From NCBI GenBank assembly GCA_963808235.1, contig CAWEEQ010000004.1, forward strand, positions 2,528,001 to 2,592,000: a stretch of DNA of 64,000 bases. Direction: 5' to 3'. The DNA comes from an uncultured delta proteobacterium. GTDB taxonomy: Bacteria; Desulfobacterota; Binatia; Binatales; Binataceae. Both the position numbers and the translations under genes were made by a program. How positions within the stretch are numbered: the first letter of the stretch is position 1; each line of letters starts with the position of its first letter. Below are positions 58,373 to 64,000 of this stretch, in pieces. The notes under the pieces are model-generated. The model saw only the letters and a program-made list of their open reading frames with translations, did not search any database and had not been told where the DNA came from.

Positions 58373-59143
58373 TTATCTGTGCGAAGTGACAGGACCCTGG
58401 TTCTCGTTGCTTCCTGAGCACCAGTCCCACGTTTCGGTCGCGCACAGGATGCCTGTGGTCAGGCCGCCGATGACGAGGACTCCGAGTCCGATGTATTCCA
58501 CATCGTGATCAACCAGCGCTCCGGCTCCGCAACACGCGACCGTCTTGTGGCCGCCGGCGTTTACATTTTCGGAGGCGCCGCCCGTGTGTGGGCAAATGGT
58601 CACGTCCACCTTTCCGTCCTGGACGTCCACGTCCGTGAACTGGCGGCAATCGGCGAATCCGCTGCGCGAGTCTTCACTGTAGGCCGTGGTCCATTCGGTT
58701 CCGGCCACGACCGCCGATGCGTTGGGCGTATCAACTTCGAAGGCGGGCGAATTCTGGCGCATCGCACCAACAATCGTCGAGTGGACACTTCCACCAAGCA
58801 GTCCAACTTTGCTGGGCGCGCCAACTCCGTTGACGGCGATGCCCTCGTCCATCGAGAGCGTAGAAGAGGGTCCCACTTGCAGCGAGCTGCCATCGACCAG
58901 CCCGATGGTTGCGGATCCTCCTGGCCCAGTGGCAATTTTGTCGTGCAGTTCGACCGGCATATTCACCGCAGCGGGGAGGTTCGATGCGCCACGCTCGATG
59001 TTCGCAACTCCCTGAACTTGCGTGATCGCGCCGACTGTGCTTTGCGCGTTGGCGGCCGGAACCGACATCATGATGATTGTCAGAATCGTCAGAAAAGCTG
59101 ACGAGACTAACTTTGAGTGAATTAAGCGACTCTGAATATGCAT
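58373..59143 (-). CDS. secreted FecR-domain protein (tandem paralog)
   Basis: Shares VNGVGAPSKVGLLGG, IVGAMR, DCRQFTDVDVQDG with 57328..58098; GGAGG RBS. Confidence 0.87.
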   Translation of the reverse strand: MHIQSRLIHSKLVSSAFLTILTIIMMSVPAANAQSTVGAITQVQGVANIERGASNLPAAVNMPVELHDKIATGPGGSATIGLVDGSSLQVGPSSTLSMDEGIAVNGVGAPSKVGLLGGSVHSTIVGAMRQNSPAFEVDTPNASAVVAGTEWTTAYSEDSRSGFADCRQFTDVDVQDGKVDVTICPHTGGASENVNAGGHKTVACCGAGALVDHDVEYIGLGVLVIGGLTTGILCATETWDWCSGSNENQGPVTSHR

Positions 59144-59584
59144 GGGTTTCCTCCCCGATCCACGTTCTCAGCTGCGAACCATACTGTGCTTTCGCGCATC
59201 AAGGCTCTTGTCGAATGAGCATAGCAACGGTCGCGACTAGCGCCAAGCGAAGTGAACTTCTAACAAATATGGTATATGAAGGTCAACTCTACGACGCGTC
59301 GATACCAATTAACAAACATAAGCGAATCCCGCTTCTTTTTCCCAATCGCAAAAGCCTGAGGTCCACGATTCCGTCTAAAACTGACCGCACGACCTCCAAA
59401 TGTCTCCAATCGGATGTGAACATCCGATCCATCGCAGTATGACAGCGATGCGGCCCTTTGCCCAGATAATGTTCTGGCACGAACAAAAAATAAATCAAAG
59501 TAAAGATCTGAGAGAACATAGCGTGGCGACGAATCGTCGACGGCATGACGATCGCGCCGCGTTCGCAACGCTCCGCTCTCCGTA

Positions 59585-59644
59585 CGAGAGAAGGGGAAAG
59601 TGGGCCGACGCGCAATACTTGCCGGCGCACTTTCCCCTTTCTCG
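59585..59644 (-). terminator. long hairpin/terminator downstream of 59657..60628
   Basis: CGAGAGAAGGGGAAAGTG...CACTTTCCCCTTTCTCG inverted repeat. Confidence 0.7.
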
Positions 59645-59656
59645 CGCTAGCAGACG

Positions 59657-60628
59657 CTACTCCTTGCAGAAAGCCTTGATAGCATTTTGCAGCTGCTTCG
59701 TAGTAGCGAACCCGAGGTCATCGACTGCCTGCTCAAACCCGCCATGCGTCGTGGCCAGGAAGGAAACGCACTTGCCGTGACAATTCGGGTTCCCGGGGAT
59801 TGCTTTCGGTGCACCGAAACAGACGCCAGTGCCGAGCGAGATGTCTTCACACGTATTCGCCGCCACAGTTTGGTTCGCGATGAAATTCCCGGAAAGGTCC
59901 GTTTGGGTGAAGCTGTCGAAGTTGGTCTGAAAAAACAGCGAGACCCCGTCGCTCTCCACTCCGGTGCAAAAGCTGGGGCCGCCGGGCACCACGATCGTCG
60001 TTGCGGGGATCAGCGCACCGGTCGCGGGATTGTATTGGTTGTACGTGCAACTCGCGTCGCCGCTGTTAATCAGGAAGTTGCCATTCGCCAGAACGGTGAA
60101 ACCATCAGAATCTATTGCGGCCGGCGCGCTAATGGAGATCGGCCCGCTGATAACTGCTCCCGTAACTGCATCGAGCACGAATACTTCCGGCGCATCGAGC
60201 GGATAGCCCGTTAGGACGTATAGCTGGCCTTTGAAGACGGCGATGTCCTGAATGCCGTCGGTCGGCCGTGGGTTGGGTAGCGTCCCGATGTCCGCACCGC
60301 CAGCCCCGCCGTTAAACGGCGCGATTCGAATGAAATCCGTCGGCCCGAAGCCAAGGGCGCCACTTAGCTCTGTGTAGTAAACCAAATTGCCGAGGACCAA
60401 TACACCGCGGCCGTTGTTGAGGTTGTTGGGGATGGAAGCTCCAGTTGGAAGAAAGGAGCCCACCGTGGCCCCGCCGTTAAAGTCGAAAGTCGTAATCGCT
60501 GAGCTCCCGAACGTTAGCGAAGCATTATTGCACGTGATTGTTTGCGCTTGGCTTGTGGTGACCCCGAGTGCGATGACCAGTATCAAGGTCAACACAAGCC
60601 AACCGCCCTTTCCTAATTTTTGCGACAT
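59657..60628 (-). CDS. secreted beta-rich (propeller-like) protein with C-terminal NCHG...AFC helical module
   Basis: GAGGAG RBS, signal ending SQA, NGRG...G..VYYT; tail PGNPNCHGKCVS.LA..HGG...A..DLGF.....LQNAIKAFC. Confidence 0.78.
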   Translation of the reverse strand: MSQKLGKGGWLVLTLILVIALGVTTSQAQTITCNNASLTFGSSAITTFDFNGGATVGSFLPTGASIPNNLNNGRGVLVLGNLVYYTELSGALGFGPTDFIRIAPFNGGAGGADIGTLPNPRPTDGIQDIAVFKGQLYVLTGYPLDAPEVFVLDAVTGAVISGPISISAPAAIDSDGFTVLANGNFLINSGDASCTYNQYNPATGALIPATTIVVPGGPSFCTGVESDGVSLFFQTNFDSFTQTDLSGNFIANQTVAANTCEDISLGTGVCFGAPKAIPGNPNCHGKCVSFLATTHGGFEQAVDDLGFATTKQLQNAIKAFCKE

Positions 60629-60974
60629 GTTTCTTCTCCTCAGTTTCTACATATGTTTCTAACGCCGACTCAAATTCACAATCCGGCCAATGCCGATCCA
60701 AGGATGGGTTCCAATGGAACAGGGATAATCACCATTCCTCCTCTGGTGACAGATGCCAGCCCCCCCGAGCGGCCAAGAAGTGTCTTATCGTTCTCTGAGC
60801 AAAGAACATTACGAGCGGTCCACGTCTTAAGTCAAAACCATCTTGGTTAACTCTTCGAGTTATTTTGTTATAAGGACGTGTGCAGATTGACCGACGATGG
60901 AGATTGAAGCTTCGCATAATCAGCAAATCGTGCTGGCCTCCCGGCTGCCAAAGTCGAAATTCGACTCGTCGTGA

Positions 60975-61814
60975 ATGCAGAAAATTGACCGCCTAGGCTG
61001 GGCGGAGGGATTTTCGTTCACTTCATTTGGCGCGAAGATAGGAGTCCGGGCCACCAAGGCCGGCTTTGTGCAGTCGCTCGCGCATTTGTTGCCCCCCGGC
61101 TGGCAATCGAGCGATGAATCGACGGTTGAGCGGCTCTATTCGTTCGTGATTGGCGGGCAGGATCCCCGCCGAAACGTGCGCCTGCTCAACCTCGTTTACG
61201 GCGATGCGGGCCGGCTGGCGCGCGACCGGGAGCTCGAACCCATCCTGCACGCCTTCGACGCCGATGTGCGCTTGAGCGTTGGAATATTGGCCCGTCGACG
61301 AGTCTTCGTGCATGCCGGCGTAGTAGGATGGAAGGGGCGCGCGATCGTAATTGCGGGCCGGACAATGACCGGCAAGACATCTCTGGTTGCCGCACTTCTG
61401 CGGCTGGGCGCGGAATATTATTCCGATGAATACGCGGTGCTCGATCTGAAGGGCCGCGTTCATTCTTTTGCCAAGCCGCTTTCAATTCGGCAGCCAGGAG
61501 TACCGAGGGCCGCTCGCTTGCCCGCCGAAGCGTTCGGCGCTCGCACTGGGATCAAGGCGCTGCCGATCGCGATCGTCCTCGACACTTATTTCCGCGAAGG
61601 CTCGCGATGGCGGCCTAAACCGGTATCGCGCAGCGTGGGGGTACTGTCGCTCTTGGGGAATACTATAACGGCGCGATTGCAACCGGCGCGGAACATGCCT
61701 GTTCTCCGCGATGCAGTCCGCGATGCGATAATTCTGAAAGGGGTGCGCGGCGAGGCGGAAACGACCGCACGCGAGCTTCTGGCCCTGATGGATGCGGACA
61801 CAAACGAGAGTTAA
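60975..61814 (+). CDS. HprK-related P-loop Ser/Thr kinase
   Basis: VHAGVV...GRAIVIAGRTMTGKTSL (Walker A), G..YYSDE signature. Confidence 0.85.
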   Translation: MQKIDRLGWAEGFSFTSFGAKIGVRATKAGFVQSLAHLLPPGWQSSDESTVERLYSFVIGGQDPRRNVRLLNLVYGDAGRLARDRELEPILHAFDADVRLSVGILARRRVFVHAGVVGWKGRAIVIAGRTMTGKTSLVAALLRLGAEYYSDEYAVLDLKGRVHSFAKPLSIRQPGVPRAARLPAEAFGARTGIKALPIAIVLDTYFREGSRWRPKPVSRSVGVLSLLGNTITARLQPARNMPVLRDAVRDAIILKGVRGEAETTARELLALMDADTNES

Positions 61815-61948
61815 ATCGCCACATAAGACTTTCGTTTCTGTTCAGAAATAGCTCGAAAGGACTCCTGAGAGTGGACATACTGGGCGACGCGAGGTACATT
61901 GTCGCCGTACGCTAGGCCTAGGTGGTTCAAGGCACTCAAGGGAGGAGG

Positions 61949-62461
61949 ATGGCTGTGTCAAAAAATAACCTGTTCGATGATGCGCGCCCCGTAGCACGAA
62001 CTGAGGAGATGCTCGTCGAGGAACTCGACGGCGATCTGATAATTTACGACACCGAGCGCAACAAAGCGCACGCTCTGAATCCTCTTGCAGCGCGCATCTG
62101 GAAGCACTGCGACGGGGAACACACGGTGAGCGACCTTGCCGGTCTTTTCGCGGCGGAAACTCCCGATGATGCGGTGGTGAACTGCCTGTTTCAGCTCGAA
62201 CGCCTGCATTTGCTGAACGCCGGCTCGTTGGGCACCGGGGACGGTATGGCGCTGTCGCGGAGGCAATTGCTGAGAAAAGTAGCGATCGGCGCTGCCGCCG
62301 CTGCGGTTATGGTGCCTATGGTCACCTCGATACTCGCACCCAGTGCGATGGCGACCGCGTCATGCCAAGGGTTGAATGCAACCTGCACCAGCGGGAAACC
62401 TTGTTGTTCGCCTCTGGTGTGTTCAGCAACAACCGGCAAGTGCGTCGAGCCTGCTACTTGA
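61949..62461 (+). CDS. PqqD/RRE domain fused to twin-arginine leader and six-Cys knottin-like peptide
   Basis: GGAGG RBS; EELDGDLIIYD.....AHALN..AA.IW..CDG..TV..L (PqqD); SRRQLLRK + hydrophobic stretch + AMA; CQGLNATCTSGKPCCSPLVCSATTGKC. Confidence 0.88.
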   Translation: MAVSKNNLFDDARPVARTEEMLVEELDGDLIIYDTERNKAHALNPLAARIWKHCDGEHTVSDLAGLFAAETPDDAVVNCLFQLERLHLLNAGSLGTGDGMALSRRQLLRKVAIGAAAAAVMVPMVTSILAPSAMATASCQGLNATCTSGKPCCSPLVCSATTGKCVEPAT

Positions 62462-62485
62462 TTAGTTCCCGCGGCTTAGCAAAGA

Positions 62486-62515
62486 ACAGGGGCAGCCACC
62501 GATGGCTGTCTCTGT
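62486..62515 (+). terminator. stem-loop directly after the PqqD-fusion gene (no U tract)
   Basis: ACAGGGGCAGCCA-CCGA-TGGCTGTCTCTGT. Confidence 0.55.
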
Positions 62516-62623
62516 CCGCGCGATGGCGCTGAGAAGCGCTCGCCCAGGACTCACCGACTGCAACTTGCCTCGATGGTCGGGGAAACTGGGTTTTCCCTTC
62601 CTATCCAGCTACGCTTTAGTTCG

Positions 62624-63811
62624 ATGCAAGCTGACCTTCGACCCGAAGCAGAGCTACTGATCCAGATTTGCGCTTCTATTTGTGCCTCCCAGATTAATCC
62701 GAGAACCGATGAGTTGCTCTCTGGACAGCTCGACTGGTCCTACATTGAAAGAACAAGCGCTCAGAACGGCATCATCCCGACAGTCAGCAGATGGATCCGT
62801 CTTGCTTCGCCAAAACAGGTTCCGCCCGAGATCAAACGCAAAATCACTCTGGCCGCTGAGGCGAATGCACTTCAGAACGCGCATCTGTCAGGCGAGCTGG
62901 TGAGGATCGTTGATTCATTTTCCAAAAGCGGCATCGATGCCATCGCCGTCAAGGGTCCGGTCCTGGCCGCACTTGCCTATGATGATGTCTCGATCCGGAC
63001 ATTCATGGATCTCGATCTGCTGGTGCATAGCTCGGATTTGACTCGTGCGGCGCGAATCCTGATATCCGACGGGTACGCGGCTACCACCACTGACAACCGG
63101 CCTGCAGATCCGGAGACCTTCAGCGCGTTCCCGACCAGCTTCGAGGCGAGGCGCGGTGCTGTCTTTGTCGATGTCCATTGGCAAGTCGGCCCTACTCGCA
63201 TCGGCTTCTTTCCCGAAGAAGATTCGTTGTGGACGCGATCGGTTTGGATCGACTTTCAGGGAACTCGGGTCCGATCGTTTTCGCCGGCCGACCAGGTGAT
63301 CTATCTATGCGCCCATGCCACCAAGCATGGGTGGACCATGCTCAAGATGGTGTGCGATGTGGCCGGACTTATTAAACGCAGTGACGACATGGATTGGAAC
63401 TGGATCGCCACCGAAGCGAAGCGGCTGCATGGGCTACGGATGATGCTGCTCGGGGTGTACCTGGCGCGCCGGCTTATGCGAATAGAGCTTCCAGAGCCAA
63501 TCATGCGTCTGGCCGACGCTGACGCGGAAGTGGAATCGCTCGCGATGCAAATTATCCGCGATATGTTCATCGATCCGGATCAGAAGCCTGAACCCGCCAA
63601 CCCGGAAGTCATTGCGCTTCGCACCATGGAGCGGAAAAGAGATCGGCTGCGTTACTGGTTCTACCGATCAATCACGCCAACGATGGGCGATTGGATTTTT
63701 CTCCCGTTGCCGAGACGGCTCTACCCCGCCTATTTCATTGTCCGCCCGCTTCGATTCGCTCTTATGCCGGTGCGCAAACTACTAGCCGCTCGCGCCGGAA
63801 CAAAAGCATAG
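62624..63811 (+). CDS. uncharacterised nucleotidyltransferase (NTP_transf_5-like)
   Basis: LDW, GI.A..KGP.LA..AY.D...R.F.DLDLLV, VDVHW, L.AH..KHGW..L...CD.A; alternative start at 62573. Confidence 0.9.
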   Translation: MQADLRPEAELLIQICASICASQINPRTDELLSGQLDWSYIERTSAQNGIIPTVSRWIRLASPKQVPPEIKRKITLAAEANALQNAHLSGELVRIVDSFSKSGIDAIAVKGPVLAALAYDDVSIRTFMDLDLLVHSSDLTRAARILISDGYAATTTDNRPADPETFSAFPTSFEARRGAVFVDVHWQVGPTRIGFFPEEDSLWTRSVWIDFQGTRVRSFSPADQVIYLCAHATKHGWTMLKMVCDVAGLIKRSDDMDWNWIATEAKRLHGLRMMLLGVYLARRLMRIELPEPIMRLADADAEVESLAMQIIRDMFIDPDQKPEPANPEVIALRTMERKRDRLRYWFYRSITPTMGDWIFLPLPRRLYPAYFIVRPLRFALMPVRKLLAARAGTKA

Positions 63812-64000
63812 TTGGCGCTCGATTCCTCAATGCCGAATCAGAACTACCGGCTCTTTCGCGCACTAGTGTGAAGCCAGTCCCGGACAGCGCGGCTGTTTCC
63901 AGTTACTTACCGAGTGCGGATCAAGCAGTCGGCTCGATGACGAAGGCGCAATCTTTTTTTCAGATCCACCGATGGCCGTTGCTCTGCTGCCTGCTGGCTG

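Noticed and set aside
59144-59656. Short ORFs between the FecR paralog and the secreted protein
   Set aside because: AT-rich intergenic DNA with a hairpin; overlapping ORFs on both strands with no coding signal.
60975-63811. Classical lasso peptide or PQQ cluster
   Set aside because: No asparagine-synthetase-like cyclase, B2 peptidase, radical SAM or pqqBCE in the window; the peptide lacks lasso features.
63812-64000. Possible 3' end of a convergent gene at the window edge
   Set aside because: Too short to assign a frame or product.

Overview
A high-GC bacterial chromosomal window of about 62 genes. Gene content (LLM oxidoreductases, amidohydrolase, P450, DUF1329, ArsA pair, pheA-hisC-tyrA-cmk-rpsA-ihfB) suggests a Candidatus Binatota / deltaproteobacterial-type soil organism; this is inference. 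Core housekeeping genes include tatBC, accA, miaA, mutL, rpsA, ihfB and rpmB. No rRNA, tRNA or CRISPR array was recognised. Six genes carry single-base frameshifts, mostly in short homopolymers, which points to long-read assembly errors. Highlights: (1) a cassette at 61-63.8 kb with an HprK-like kinase, a PqqD/RRE protein and a nucleotidyltransferase, where the PqqD domain is fused to a twin-arginine leader and a C-X6-C-X5-CC-X4-C-X6-C knottin-type core, a candidate undescribed RiPP system; (2) an ArsC gene with in-frame UGA at the catalytic Cys and a SECIS-like hairpin, missed by the ORF track; (3) tandem FHA-TM-CAP membrane proteins; (4) a four-site AGTTGCA-N3-TGCAACT operator motif around an HxlR regulator; (5) a duplicated 34-bp REP/promoter element flanking a NIPSNAP gene next to mutL; (6) an orphan Dam methylase with an unknown double winged-helix-like partner.
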